Shown: one piece after another, positions 25,911 to 39,913 of the stretch
How positions within the stretch are numbered: the stretch's first letter is position 1
How the letters are laid out: every line of letters starts with the position of its first letter
From: Eledone cirrhosa
Taxonomy: Eukaryota
DNA: 64,000 nt
NCBI GenBank assembly: GCA_964016885.1
Contig: OZ024746.1
Location: forward strand, 97,588,001 to 97,652,000
Direction: 5' to 3'
Position numbers and translations under genes: made by a program
Notes under the pieces: model-generated
Told to the model about the DNA's origin: nothing
Seen by the model: only the letters and a program-made list of their open reading frames with translations
The model's database searches: none

Positions 25911-26149
25911 ATCCTTGACACGAGTAACTAATGCTAGTTACATATGTTAACTAAAATTAATGAAATAAAGCTCAAATTTTGAAAAATAAAAGAGGAATGA
26001 AGATGAAGAATAATTTCCTGCTTGAGTGAATCACTGAAATCTCATTTTAATATTTAACTTGCAGCAAGACAAATTAGAGAGTTGAAAGTCTTTTTTTTCT
26101 TCTTTCACACTTATTCCTGAGAGATGTGGCATCAGAGTCCCCAGGCATG

Positions 26150-26370
26150 TCTTTCAAAGGGTTCTATATAAAACCCTTACTCTCTCTTGACACAGCTAGA
26201 TGCACATGCTGGCTGAAAAGGGTGGAAGAATTGGATTTCACTCACTCTAATAGGAAAGCATGGAATCTCCTTAAGCAACTTGATGTAACATCTTCCATTC
26301 AGCACCAGCTAACTAAATTAACTGCTAATGCAGTTGCATCATGCCTATTTTCAACTATTTTCATCTCCAA
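26150..26370 (+). pseudogene. LINE ORF fragment, possibly Ingi/Vingi-like, region between endonuclease and RT
   Basis: Motif W.K.VEELDFTHS.RKAW.LLK.L...TANAVAS; clade recalled from memory and not searched. Confidence 0.45.
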
Positions 26371-26469
26371 GGTACCTTCAACCAAGGCATGTCAAGTAGT
26401 CAGCCGTGATGCATGGTGTCTGACACTTTACCGATTCTGGCAATTCACTGCCCCTAAAGTAGAAATAAT

Positions 26470-26650
26470 TGTTTCTACTTTTGGCACAAGGCCAGCAATT
26501 ACCCAGTGCATTACTGGTACTTTATTTTATCTACCCCGTAAGGATGAAAGGCAAAGTTAACCATGGCAGGATTTGAACTCAGACCGTAAAGAGACGTAAC
26601 TATGCTGGAAAGCATGGCGTCCGACCTTCTACTGATACTGCCAAGCCTCC
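26470..26650 (-). mobile_element. SINE family A
   Basis: Family consensus with TSD GTAGAAATAAT at 26459 and 26651. Confidence 0.85.
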
Positions 26651-26807
26651 GTAGAAATAATAACAAGCGTTCTTCCTTGCTAAATTAAGGGTGAACCTTG
26701 TGAGCTCCCATGGCAAGCTTCATAACCACCATGGGGTCATTTCTGATGCAATGATTTACAACCAATGATTTACAACCTCCTGGTACTTACATTTTTAACT
26801 CTTATTA

Positions 26808-27240
26808 GCCCACACTGTAAAGTAGTCATGTAGGTGTCATGACAAAAAGCACCCAGCCCACACAGTAAAGTAGTTATGTAGGTGTCATGACAAAAAGCAC
26901 CCAGACCACACTGTAAAGTAGTCATGTAGGTGTCATGACAAAAAGCACCCAGACCACACTCACTGTAAAGTAGTCATGTAGGTGTCATGACAAAAAGCAC
27001 CCAGACCACACTGTAAAGTAGTCATGTAGGTGTCATGACAAAAAGCACCCAGACCACACTGTAAAGTAGTCATGTAGGTGTCATGACAAAAAGCACCCAG
27101 ACCACACTGTAAAGTAGTCATGTAGGTGTTATGACAAAAAGCACCCAGCCCACACTGTAAAGTAGTCATGTAGGTGTCATGACAAAAAGCACCCAGACCA
27201 CACTGTAAAGTGGTCATGACCAAAAGCACCCAGCCCACAC
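26808..27240. repeat. 48-bp minisatellite, about 9 units, inside a SINE-B/RTE 3' module
   Basis: Unit CACACTGTAAAGTAGTCATGTAGGTGTCATGACAAAAAGCACCCAGAC; followed by GAAAGGGCATCCAGC and the RTE-1 tail CCCATGCTAGCGTGGAAA. Confidence 0.9.
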
Positions 27241-27864
27241 ATACTGTAAATGTGGTTGGCATTAGAAAGGGCATCCAGCAATAGAAACTACGCCTGAAGC
27301 AGTTCTGTATGAGAAAGACATGGTCACCTGACCTGATTTGCCTCAAACGGGACAACCCATCTAACCCATGCTAGCGTGGAAAATACAGGGATATGGTGTA
27401 CCTATTCTAAACTGGATACACATAGCCACAAAGCCTAATCTTTAAAATATTTCCATAAACATATGCACAATTGCTCAATTATTTAAAAATCTAACAGCTT
27501 TCATTTCATCTATTGAACTTCATTACCTAAATTATTTTGTTTCAAATTAATTACTACAACAGCAAGAATTTGAATTTCAGGAAAAGAAAAATTAAATCTC
27601 TAATTAATACACTTAAAACCACTGTAATAAAAAATATAATTTTGTAATTTTAAATATTAATTTAGATATTTTCTTGTAACAAGAATTACCATCTTAAAAA
27701 CTGATAAAATGAATTTAATTTATTAACTAAATTTTGTCATCATTTTTATTAATTTATTGTGAATGTTGTTAATGAGTTATTATAGCTTAATCATATTGAT
27801 TGGTTATGGATAACAATTCTTCATTATATATCATTTAATATTAAGCAATACTAAATAGAACTAA

Positions 27865-28049
27865 CCCTTTAGCATTTAAACCGGCTGTATCCAGCTACAA
27901 TTCTCTCACCTCTTTCCATTCAAACTGACTGTAACTGGCCACTCATACTGATGTTATGGTATTGTTCTTAAAATAGATAATATCAAAATCTCATAGATTC
28001 GATATTATGTGAGATAAAGCCTTTACTGTAAAAATATAATGCTGAAGGG
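27865..28049. mobile_element. piggyBac-type MITE (internally deleted)
   Basis: Family TIR and internal sequence. Confidence 0.75.
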
Positions 28050-28924
28050 TTATGGTGTTTGCTCTAATATATCTGTATACATATAAGTATGTGTATGCTT
28101 ACAAATAAACATTTGAAAGCCTTTAGCTATGAATTTTAAGAGCTGGTGGTAGGGCACCACCTAGCAGGCTCCAGCAAAAGCAAGGTGGAAATTACTAATG
28201 GTTACTAGCCAGGTAATGCTCCCTTTTCCCCCCTCTTTCTGCTGGAACTCAATACAAGCAAAAACAAATTAATTTAAATCTAATTTCAAAGTGAATAGAC
28301 CAGAACTTTTTTTTTTCTCAGAATTCCTTATACTCTGACAAAGGGAATTTTAAGTCCTGAAATATTAGAACAAAAGAAACAACAAAAAAAACAACAAAGA
28401 TTACCAGTTAACTAACATTTTCGTTACCTTCATCTTACTGTTCATTTCGCATTGTTAAGCTTTTTTACAGAAATCACTTTCCACATTATATTATATACAA
28501 GGCTCTTTAAGCAAACTACATTTTATTAAACTGTATATGATTTTCAATTTGTTGTTTTTTTTCAGTTATCAGGAATTTGGTGGTGATTTAGTAATATAAC
28601 TTTCTAATTAAGCTGGTGTTTGGAACATAACTACATAACTACTAACAAAGGCTGTTTCATAAAATTATGATAGAAGATTTTTAGATACCATATTTCCCAG
28701 TGTTGAAGACGCTACTTTTTTCTTAAAATAAGTCTTAAAAGTCTACCATGTGTAAATCTACCATTTAATTTTTATATAAATAGAGTCTGCAGTGCTGAGA
28801 CCAAGGAGACCACTAATCATGTGAGTACTCAATACATGGGTAGATGTAGAGACGGTGCAAAACTGAAACTGCTTGGCTCTGCGGTTAAGAGTTTACATGT
28901 ATCTATCTATCTATCTATATCTAT

Positions 28925-29322
28925 ATCATCATCATCATCATCATCGTTTTACGTCCGTTCTTCCCCGCTAGCATGGGTTAGACGGGTTGTCCTGTTGTGG
29001 GCAGTGTCCGGTCGGCTGACCTTTTCTTGCTCATACAAGAACTGATTCTGGCTTGATTTCTACAGCTGGATGCCCTTCCTAACACCAACCTCATTTACAG
29101 TGAGTGGTGGGTGCTTTTTTGCCGTGGCGCCTCCACGACCTCTTTGCAGTGGAATGATAGGGACCCTAGTCCCTATCATCTCATTTCTACAGCTGAGTAA
29201 ACTGGAGCAATGTGAAATAAAGTGTCTTGCTCAAGGAAACAACACATCACCCAGTTCGAGAATTGAACTCACAACCTTTCGATTGCAAGCCCAATGCTCT
29301 AACCACTAAGCCATGCACCTTC
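28925..29322 (-). mobile_element. SINE family B with RTE-1-type tail
   Basis: Same head and body as 19342-19724, but the tail is GTCTAACCCATGCTAGCGGGGAAGAACGGACGTAAAACG(ATG)n. Confidence 0.85.
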
Positions 29323-29341
29323 ATATATATATATATATATA

Positions 29342-29504
29342 CCGTATTTCCCAGCGTCAAAGACTTTTTTCCTAAAATAAGTCTAAAAAATCTAGCATGT
29401 GTCATGGAGGCCGAAGGTTGTTTATTATTTTTTTTCAAATTTTTGGTTGTCAAATTTAGAGGGCGTCCTCGAAGATGAAGTATCTTCGGTGTTGGGAAAT
29501 ATGG
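29342..29504. mobile_element. Tc1/mariner-pogo-type MITE (about 170 bp)
   Basis: TA|CCGTATTTCCC...GGGAAATATGG|TA. Confidence 0.82.
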
Positions 29505-30296
29505 TATATATAAACCCTTTAAAACAGTTGTATCTCATAAAACCAGGGTCAGTTTTAAGTGGCTTTGAATCAAAATGATTGATCTACAACTAACTTCTTT
29601 GTTGCCTTCATCTTAGCGTCCATTTTGCATTCCTACATATATCAGTATCCATATTATAAATGTTAGTAATAAGATATTCAGTATTAACATTAAATTTGTG
29701 GTTAAAAATTTGATTTGTTGTTGGTTACGAAGATACAAAGAGATTTTGTGAAGCAATTTTAGAATTTAAAAGTGTAATTATTTAACTCTTATTACCATAT
29801 ATCTAATGATATACACTGTCTATGTGTTTCATCGATTTTTTTTAATAACCAAACATTTAGAGTAATTGAAAAAATAACTTTTCCATTAGTAAGCAGATTT
29901 TTTGAACTTTACTTAAAATTCTGTCTCTCATATGAAATTATGATGCAATATTTTAATACAAGTATAAATATTTTGAAATGGATAGTTTTCTATGAAATTC
30001 AGATTAATTTCATATGCCTTTGATATCAAAAGAGTTAAAGCATAGTGATGTGGAAATTTGATGTCACATATTTGTAGTTATGAATTATGAATAATAGAAA
30101 ATATTCATAAATAAAAATAAATGATAAAAATTATTTATTTATCACATTACATTAGAAATGCAGGTTAAAATTAACAAATATAAACAAAATCTTTGAGTAC
30201 ATGGAAGCAACGAAAAGATTCAACAGAAACTTCTAGATGTTTTATAGCTTCCCTTGTTTCCTCTTTTCCTTTTCTTTTTCATTTTCTTATGACATA

Positions 30297-30465
30297 CCGT
30301 ATTTCCTGGCGTTGAAGATGCTACCTTTTTCCTAAAATAAGTCTAAAAAATTTACCATGTGACCTGGAGGCCGAAGGTTATTTATTATTTTTTTTTCAAA
30401 TTTTTGGTTGTCAAAATTAGGGTGTGTCCTCGAGGATAAAGCGTCTTCAGCGCCAGGAAATATGG
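30297..30465. mobile_element. Tc1/mariner-pogo-type MITE
   Basis: TA|CCGTATTTCCTGGCGTTGAAGATGCT ... AGCGTCTTCAGCGCCAGGAAATATGG|TA. Confidence 0.85.
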
Positions 30466-30668
30466 TAAACTGCCTCCCATTGGCCTTCAATATTTGAAAT
30501 TTTATTTGTTTTTAAATTATTATTATTTTATCACTTGTCTCACTAGCTCTTTTTGGTTACCAACTGTAAGGAGTACTCAATACTTCCCCAAGTCTGTTAT
30601 GGCTTACTAGCTCTATATGGATGTTTAAATTGATTATATAAATAAATAAAAAAATTATATATACAAGT

Positions 30669-30808
30669 GGAGGCACATGGCTTAATTGTTAGAGCATTGG
30701 GCTTGCAATCAAAATGTTGTGAGTTCAATTCTCAGACCGGGTGATGTGTTGTTTCCTTGAACAAGACACTTTATTTCACATTGCTTCAGTTTACTCAGCT
30801 GTAGAAAT
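30669..30808 (+). mobile_element. SINE family B, head and core only
   Basis: Runs from GGAGGCACATGGCTT to CTCAGCTGTAGAAAT. Confidence 0.8.
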
Positions 30809-31214
30809 TATTTTATAGTCATTTGTTCATGTAGTTACTCTTTTATTAAATAGTGTATATATCTAAAAAAATTCATTTTTTACAGGGCAGTCAAACTTAC
30901 AGACTTTGTGTTTAGATAAAATGACACTTCAAGGTCGCATCCCCATCAATGCCTCCCCAGTGATGGCGACATGATAAAAATGCACCCACCCTTCTTCTTT
31001 GCCCATTTATTCCTGAGAGGGTTGTGGGGGAAAGTCCTCAATCACTCCCTCCAGCTGGTCTTGTCAGAAGCAACACAATTTTCTCCCCTCCAGTCTATCT
31101 TTCGGGTCTCGGGATATGCAACCTTTGTGCTTCTATCCCATGCCTCCCAGGACAGGTCACAGGCCCATTGCCAGTTTTTGTGGCATAAAATGGAGGCTGC
31201 AATATAGTTTTCGA

Positions 31215-31449
31215 ACATGCGCATGGAGGATGACCGCTGGGTAAAGAAGTGCCAAGAAATCCCAGTGGAAGGAAGACACAGTAGAGGAAGACCACGAAAA
31301 ACATGGGCAGAGGTAGTGTGAGCTGACCTCTGATCTCAGATCGTTGAAGCTCATGGAGGAGATGACAAAGGACTGTGACGAATGGAGAGATGCTGTACTG
31401 AATAGGACACATCCCACCCTTGCAAGCAGGGAAAGTGGACGTAAAATGT

Positions 31450-31494
<45 letters not shown>

Positions 31495-31522
31495 CGACGA
31501 TGGTGATGATGACGATGATGAT
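31215..31522 (+). mobile_element. 3' end of an RTE-2 LINE
   Basis: MRMEDDRWVKKCQEIPVEG; tail CCCACCCTTGCAAGCAGGGAAAGTGGACGTAAAATG(ATG)n. Confidence 0.8.
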
Positions 31523-31814
31523 TTAACTTGGTTTTAAATTACAAAAAGGCTACTTTACCGGTATAATAGACAAATGTGCTTTTTGTATGCTATATGTGTA
31601 TATTTATTTATCAGCACTGTAAGGTATTTATTTAGCAGCACTGTAAGGTATTAGTGATGTAGTCATGATAAAAATGTTGCCAGGACATGCTGTAAAGTGG
31701 TTGTTACGAAAGGTATCCAGCTTTAGAAACCAACTCCAAAATGTGATGTATGAGCTAGACATGGTCACCTGACTAGTTAAGCTTAAGAAAACAACAGGGG
31801 CGTGTAAAATAGTC

Positions 31815-32836
31815 GTGTGGTGGGGGTGGTAGTGTTGGTGGTGGTGTTGCTACTGGTTGAGGTGGTGGTAGTGATAGTGGTGGTGGTGTTGGTGGTGGTG
31901 TTGGTGGTGGTGGTGTTGGTAGTGATAGTGGTGGTGGTGGTGTTAGTGGTGGTGGTAGGATAGTGGTGGTGGTGGTGGTGGTGGTGTTGCTACTGGTGGT
32001 TGTGGTGGTGATGGAGGTGGTGGTGTTGCTGCTACTGGTGGTTGTGGTGGTGGTTGTGGTGGTGGTTGTGGTGGTGGTGTTGGTGGTGTTGCTGCTACTG
32101 GTGGTTGTGGTGGTGGTGGTGTTGCTGCTACTGGTGGTTGTGGTGGTGGTGGTTGTGGTGGTGGTGGTGTTGCTGCTACTGGTGGTTGTGGTGGTGGTTG
32201 TGGTGGAGGTGGTGGTGGTGGTGGTTGTGGTGGTGGTGGTTGTGGTGGTGGTGGTGTTGCTGCTACTGGTGGTTGTGGTGGTGGTTGTGGTGGAGGTGGT
32301 GGTGGTGGTGGTTGTGGTGGTGGTTGTGGTGGTGGTGTTGGTGGTGTTGCTGCTACTGGTGGTTGTGGTGGTGGTGGTGTTGCTGCTACTGGTGGTTGTG
32401 GTGGTGGTGGTTGTGGTGGTTGTGGTGGTGGTGGTGTTGCTGCTACTGGTGGTTGTGGTGGTGGTTGTGGTGGAGGTGGTGGTGGTGGTGGTTGTGGTGG
32501 TGGTGGTTGTGGTGGTGGTGGTGTTGCTGCTACTGGTGGTTGTGGTGGTGGTTGTGGTGGTGTTGCTGCTACTGGTGGTTGTGGTGGTGGTGGTTGTGGT
32601 GGTGGTGGTTGTGGTGGTGGAGGTGGTGGTGGTGGTGGTGGTGGTGTTGCTGCTACTGGTGGTTGTGGTGGTTGTGGTGGTGGAGGTGGTGGTGGTGTTG
32701 CTGCTGCTTGTGGAAGTGTTGCTGGTGGTGATGGTGGCAGTGGCAGTGGTGATGGTGGTAGCAGTGGTGGTGGTGGTGGTGGTGGTGGTAGTGGTAGTGG
32801 TTGTCATGGTGCTGCTGCTAGTGGTGGTGGTGGTGA
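31815..32836. repeat. Compound (GTG)n microsatellite with higher-order units
   Basis: Recurrent GTGTTGCTGCTACTG blocks within GTG/GTT runs. Confidence 0.95.
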
Positions 32837-33360
32837 CACCAATGATTATGTTAACCAAGATCACTGTGCTGGCACCGTGAATGAAAGATGTAAAGATGAA
32901 ATGTAGAAAGGAAATGCTACCAGCAATAATATATATGGTAGCATCTAGATTAAAAGAAGTTTAACCTGATCATCAAGGAAGAGTCTTCTCTCTGTTATGA
33001 TTTGATAACTGCAGGATACATGCCAATATGTCATAATGAAGCCTGGAGGCTAAACCTCCATGGCAAATTGTTCATATACACAGTATTAACTCTTTAACAT
33101 TTAAACTGGCCATATCTGACCAGAAATCTCTGAGAGAGACGGGGGTAGTGACAGTGTGAGGTTGGTTCTTTTGTGATCAGACTTTGTGTATTTGTATATG
33201 TTTAACATCCAAATAATTGATACTTAGCTGATAGTTGGAACATAACTTAGCAGAGTTAAGTTAAATAGTTCTTGCATAAATTTATAAGTTTTTACATAAA
33301 TATAAACATTTTGAAATAAACAGCCACGTATGATAGACCTAGGGTTGGTTTCAGGATTAA

Positions 33361-33775
33361 CCCTTTAGCATTTAAACTGCCCTTATCCAGCCAGAATTCT
33401 CTCACCGCCTTCTGTTCAAACCATCTGTAACCAGTCACTCATACTGACGTCAAGGTATTGTTCTCAAAATAAATAATATCAAAATCTCATAGATTTGATA
33501 TTATGTGAGACAAAGGCTTTACCGTAAAAATACAGTAGTATATATTGAGTAATGTAAATGCTTAAGTGTTAAACTGGCCATATCTGGCCAGAATTCTCTC
33601 ACTTCTTTCTGTTCTAACCGGCCATAACCAGCTGCTTGTACTTATATTAAGGTATTCTCAAAATAAATAATATTAAAATATCATAGATTTGATATTATGT
33701 GAGATAATTATGTGAGATGAGGCCTTTACCATGAAAATATAATAGTAAATATAGAATAATGTAAATGCTAAAGGG
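33361..33775. mobile_element. Two tandem piggyBac-type MITE copies (second lacks its left TIR)
   Basis: TTAA|CCCTTTAGCA at 33361, junction TTAA at 33569-33572, AAAGGG|TTAA at 33775. Confidence 0.8.
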
Positions 33776-33899
33776 TTAAACTATAAAGATTAAATATATT
33801 CATTATACATAAACATATTATATATGGTTCTATTTACATATGTGTCTATTCTGAATCATTCATATTAGTAGTCTTGCCAGTTACTGTTAACAATTAAGC

Positions 33900-34105
33900 T
33901 TTCACTCTGAGCATTTAAACTGACTGTATCTGACTAGAATTCTCTCATCTCTTTGTTGAAACTAGCCATAACTAACCACTTATACTTATGTTTAAGTATT
34001 GTTCTCAAAATATATAATATTAAAATCTCATAGATTTGAGATAATCATGTGAGGTAAAGCCTTTACCGTGAAAATACAATGGAGAGGAATGTGAATGCTA
34101 AAGGT
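33900..34105. mobile_element. piggyBac-type MITE (degenerate)
   Basis: Family internal sequence and right TIR. Confidence 0.7.
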
Positions 34106-36356
34106 TAAAGAATTAATCCTTTTGTTACCAAATATTCTGAAACTGCCTTTGATTCTATGATACACAACAGGTTATTTCAAATTGTTTTAAAAGTTCCATA
34201 AAATTCCAAAGCTTAATAATGAGAAAATTAATTATATCACTAAATCCACCAGATTCTTTATGATTTTTAAAATGATTTGAAAAACATAGAAAGTCTGTTT
34301 CATTAGAATTATGGTAATAAAAGTGACGAATCTCATTTTTTTAAAAAACAATATGTGATTCAGAAAAATTGAAGGATGCACCACCACATTAGGCTTTTGA
34401 AAGTGGTGTTGTATATTTGTGTATTATTTGTTCTGATATGCTAACATCAGCATTCAGTAATCAGAAGGGAGGTAGGCAGAAAAGCCAAACTTGCTATCTT
34501 CAGTTCGGTATTTGTGCCAACCCTTACCTATGGTCATGTATGTTGAGTAATGACTGAAAGAAAACGATCGTGAATACAAGTGGTTAAAGTGGAGTTCCTC
34601 CGAAGAGTTTTTGGAGTAATGTTACTCAGTGTGTAGCTCAAAGATCAGAGAATCACTCCAAGTAGAGCCACTACTTTGCTGAATTGAGAGATCACAGCTC
34701 CGATACAATGGGCTTGTGGTTAGAATGTCTCAGGAAATAACGGCGGATAGATTTTATGGGCAAAACCAACTGGCAGGAGACCCAGGGATGGATCCCAAGC
34801 AATATGGTTGGATAACATCCATGAGCTTGGCTGGTCTTGGTTGGGGATCCAGCCAGATCAGTTGGAGACGGTTGCTTCTGACAGGACCTGCTGGGAGGAG
34901 TGTTTGACTCTCAAGAAGAAGAAGAAGACGACGACATTAAGATTGTGAGCCCCAAACTCTCTCCACAAGCATTCATCAATATCTTTTCTTCTTTATCCAA
35001 CACCAGGTAAGCCTATGATCCAATAGTCCAGAAGGTCCTCCAGAACAAGGCCTTTTGTTTGTTTTGTTAGCAGGTTTATTATCCATCACTAGCTAGGCCT
35101 GTCATATTTAACTCCACACCACCCATGTAATCCAAGGAAAAGATAAAGGATAATACAGCTTGGCATCAGTAACAATGCAACTTATTTCTACAGCTGAGTG
35201 AACTGGAGTAACGTGAAATAAAGTGTCTTGCTCAAGGACTCAATAACACATCCGCCAACCTCTAAAAACCCAAATGGGAAGTACCATGAAAAAAGTGCCC
35301 CAAAATGGGGAGATCTCCCAGGTTTGCAATACACCATCTGGTCTAGAAATGAGCTCACAACCCCACACATATGAATCCAACTCTGTAACCCCTAAGTCAC
35401 ACGCCTTCATGATCATCATCATCGTTGTCATCGTTTTTACATCTGCTTTTCTATGCTTGCATGGGTTGGACAGGTCCTTCTCAGCACAGCACCTCTCCAC
35501 TTGTCACCTTCCTTTGTCATCTCCTCAGCCAGTCTTAGTAATTTGAGGTTTGCTCTTACAACTTCTGCTCAGGTCTTTCTTGGTCATCCTCTAATACAGC
35601 TTCCTTCCACTGGGATTTCCTAGCATATCAACACAGCTAAAAAGTAGAGACCATATGCATGTGTGCACAGCTAGCTGTAGACACAGCGGCAGTCACTTCC
35701 ACTGGACAGGAGAGGCTCTACAATTGCAGCATTATCCTTCATTAGGCAACGCGTCCAGGCCACCCTACCTCCCAGCATCATATCAATATATTCTCATAAA
35801 AGCAGTAGATTATCAAAATCTTCAGTTTCATATAAAACCTTGTAGTATTTAGATATCACCTGTTACATACTGAGTTCAAATCTTGCTAAAATTAACTTTT
35901 CCTTTAATCCATCCAGGTGTGATAAAGTGAAGTGACATCAGGTATTCAGATTGATTTAATTGGGATTATTCTTCGTCAAAGCATGTAGCTTTGTGAAAAT
36001 CAATATATAATGAAAATATTCTGCCAGTAATGATCTCTAACATGAATAAATGAAGAGAAATTGTGTTAATGTATGCAAGGTAGCAATAAAGGTAACGGAA
36101 TAGAGTAAAATAAAGATGAAAGGCTGAGAAGTGAAAGAAAATGACATCAAACATATAAAGGTGATGTTCCTTATAGCAATCATCATCATTGTTATCAACA
36201 TTATCATCAAACATAATATTTTATGTTGCACACTGTTGATATAATTCAGATATTTTCAACACCACATTGACTTTCAAATATAATTTGTAGGGAAACATCA
36301 TATAATTAACATCCTCCTCCTTTACATCTGTGATTGTATGGATATATATATATATA

Positions 36357-37140
36357 TCATCATCATCACCATCATCATTTTACGTCCACTTTTCCCTGCT
36401 TGCAATGGTGGGATAGGTCTTATTCAGCACAGCATCTCTCCACTCGTCACGGTCCTTCGTCATCTCCACCGTGAGCTTCAGCGATCTGAGGTCTGTTCTC
36501 ACCACCTCCGCCCATGTTTTTCGTGGTCTTCCTCTACTGCGTCATCCTTCAACTGGCATTTCCTGGCACTTCTTCACCCATCGGTTATCCTCCATGCGCA
36601 TCACATGTCCACACCATCGCAATTTCCTCTCCCGCACACAACATTCTATCCCTCTCAGACACAGTTTCTCTCTCAACACATCCATGTTGGGTCGTTCACG
36701 CACATTGACATTGCACATCCAACAGAGCATACTTGCCTCATTTCTCTCCAGCCGTCACATATCCTCTGCAGTTGCTGCCCATGTCTCACTACCATGCAGC
36801 ATCGTGCATCTCACGCAGGCATCATATAACCAGCCTTTCGTATGCAGGAAGAAACCCTTCTTCATCAGCAGAGGAAGCAGCTCCCTAAACTTCTTCCAAC
36901 CCGTCCTTATTCTAGATACTATGGCCTCCGAACACCCCCCTCCCATGCTAATCTGATCTCCTAGGTACCGGAAGCTATCCACTACTTCTATAGCACCCGC
37001 CTGCATTTGAAAAATGTCTATCAATGCGACTTCTACTGTCTAATTTCCCTGTACATCTCCTGCATACGTATTTCTCCCTAGCTGTTAGTTTGCCTGCTAT
37101 CCCACTACATCTCTTGTGTTCCCAGGATCTGCATTGTGTG
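36357..37140 (-). mobile_element. 5'-truncated RTE-clade LINE (family RTE-2), disrupted ORF
   Basis: ORF pieces CTQCRSWEHKRCSG, FRYLGD...GWKKFRELLPLL...MLHGSETW and LRWCGHVMRMED; (ATG)n tail; (TA)n on both flanks. Confidence 0.9.
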
Positions 37141-37511
37141 CATATTATATATATATATATACAGAGAGAGAGAGAGCGAGAGAGAGAGGTGAAATTGGAA
37201 ATAGCACAGAAAATATATTTAAGGGTTTGTTTTTCTCTTTTTTCCATTCTTTGATTCATCAAAGTGACATTATTGAAAAAGTGAAAGGGGCAATTCTTTT
37301 AAAAAAGAGTTTTATAATGTATATAAAGTATAAACGGTTTTGATGGATTAGTAAAATTCATCTTATCAAATGTTGAGTATTACAATTAAAAAGAATTAAT
37401 AAAAATTAAAAACTAAAAATTAAAGATTTAAAATTAAGTGTTGAGGTAAGTTTTTTTCATCTTCCTTGTTGAGCAGGAGACTCTTCTTCTCAATAAGGAA
37501 TATGAAAAAAA

Positions 37512-37551
<40 letters not shown>

Positions 37552-37602
37552 ACATACACATACTTACATATAATCATCATCATCATCATCATCACTGTTT
37601 AA

Positions 37603-38007
37603 CACTTTAATGTTCAAACCGGTCAAAACCGGCCAGAATTCTCTACCTTTTTCTGTAACTCAAACTGATGTTAAGGTGTTGTTCTCAAAATAAATACTTT
37701 CAAAATCTCATAGATTCGATATTATGTGAGAAAATGTTTGCAAGGTAAAGCCATTACCATGAAAATATAATAGTATATATAGAGTAATGTGAATGTTAAA
37801 GGGTTAACCCTTTAGCATTTAAACTGGCCATATCCAGCTAGAATTCTCTCATCTCTTTCAGTTCAAATCGGCTGTAACTAGCCACTTATACTTATGTTAA
37901 AGTATTGTTCTCAAAATGAGTAATATCAAATCTCAGATATTATGTAAGATAAAGCCTTTACTGTGAAAATACAATAGTATATATAGTGTGATGTAAATGA
38001 TAAAGGA
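37603..38007. mobile_element. Two adjacent piggyBac-type MITEs sharing one TTAA
   Basis: Junction AAAGGG-TTAA-CCCTTTAG at 37798-37814. Confidence 0.8.
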
Positions 38008-38354
38008 TTAACGTCTATTTTTCTAAGTTTGCATGGGTTAAATGAGTCACCTACATTATGATACAAGTCTGGCTGCAACATACCTTGATGAAACAGATGC
38101 CCATACTAACACCATCCAAGTTTACAGTGAGGAACTGGGTGGTCCCATTATGAGAGAAGTCTGGTCAGTTGGTTGTGACATACCTTGCTCATACTGGAGC
38201 TGTGTTTGAGCTGGGTTTTTACAGCTGCTGGATGCCCCTCCTACCGCCAACCACGTTTACAGTATGGATATATTTATATATATATATAGAGAGAGAGATA
38301 TACACATGCATATGTGTGAGTGTGCATGTGGTGCACCATAATTTTTGCCAGCAG

Positions 38355-38386
<32 letters not shown>

Positions 38387-39708
38387 TTCAAATCCAGAGG
38401 CATCTCACTCCTGTTGGAAGAACCCCTCCCTGGATAACCTCCATCAATTCATAACTCTGGCCATACTGGGCCATGTGGGGTGGGAGGAATCGGATCTGAT
38501 CGTCATGCAAGAGATACAATCACACAAAGTCTAATTAGTTTCATGCTTGAGGGAAAAGGAATGATTTTTCAATATATTGGATGTTAGTCCTTCATCAAGA
38601 AAGAGTAAAATTTGGAGAAAAAAGAGGTTGGAAGGCTGAGGGTGAGGGGGGGGGGGTATTATCATGAGTTGGAATGTTGTCACAGTCTGAGACAAGACAG
38701 TTTGGAGAGAACTCATTTTGCTCATTCATTCAATATTTAGCATGATTTCTATGGCTGGATGTCCTTCCTAATATGATTAAATAGCAATCTAAATCTAAAA
38801 TTCTGGGCTAAATTACTGTTTTAACTCTTTAACATTTAAGCCGGCCATATCTGGCCAGAATTCTTTCACCAGCTCTGTTCAAACCAGCTGTAACTAAATC
38901 ATTTAAAAGAAAATTAAAGGAAATTTACAGCTTACATATATGTAGGGTTTAGCTGGCCTCATGTGAGGTTGCATTACATGGTCCAGAAATTGAATCCTTG
39001 ACCTTATGATTGTGAGTCCAACACCCTAACCACAAGGCCACTGCAATATATGATTAAAAGTTTCATTCATCATCATCATCACTTTACATCTGACATAAAC
39101 TGAACAACAATTCACGGCCTGTCACTAGTTGGATCTGAGTAACCTCATATTGCTCATATCTCATTAGATGCCTTTCTTAATGCCACATTACAGGTCACAT
39201 CATCAGATATGGAAACATTTATAGTGATACAGTTATATTTGCGGAAGGTCATGTTGTCCTAATATTGCCAAAAAGTAGTAAAACACACTGTTTGGTTTGG
39301 TTTACACTTCAATATGTTTTAATATTTCTATAAATAATTTAGCTGCCAATCAATATTTATCACTGATTGACGAACAGTTAAAAAAATGAATATAATTTAT
39401 CAAAGCTCTTTCACCACACATTTCTGTCACATACTTGCAAAACAAATACATTGCCATTATACTGATACACTTATTCAATAATTCTACCTTAGAATTATTG
39501 TGAATTAGAGTTCACACACAGAATGTTCTGAAGTCCTTCACCCCAGCATGGGACCTGGTAATAGGACTGTTACAAATTATACTGGGTGGGTTTATTCATG
39601 TCATTGGCACTACCAATTTACAGAGTACACAGGGTGTACTGTTTCTGTGGTAACAGCACTACTACTTTATAGTGCCTTTTTGTCATGGCACCAGCAATAC
39701 CACTTTAA

Positions 39709-39913
39709 CCATTTACCATTTACATTACTCTATATTTACTATTATATTTTCACACTAAAGGCTTTACCTCACATAATATCAAAGCTACGAAATGTTGATG
39801 TTATTTATTTTGAGAACAATACCTTAACATCATGAGTGGCCAGTTAGTGCTGGTTTGAACAGAAAGAGGTGAGAGAATTCTGGATGGATATGGCCAGTTT
39901 AAATGCTACAGGA
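39709..39913. mobile_element. piggyBac-type MITE
   Basis: TTAA-flanked family sequence. Confidence 0.75.

Noticed and set aside
28330-28375. CTGACAA-AGGGA...TCCT-GAAA hammerhead-like motif
   Set aside because: Core mismatch and no stem III, NUH triplet or stem I; at best a decayed relic.
30669-30745. tRNA genes
   Set aside because: The A/B boxes belong to SINE heads that continue into SINE cores; no complete cloverleaf was found.
31773-32880. Thr/Ser-rich mucin-like 363-aa ORF on the minus strand, same strand as the agrin-like exon
   Set aside because: It is an almost pure trinucleotide microsatellite, open in several frames, with no convincing splice sites. RNA-seq would be needed to exclude it fully, since agrins can have S/T-rich regions.
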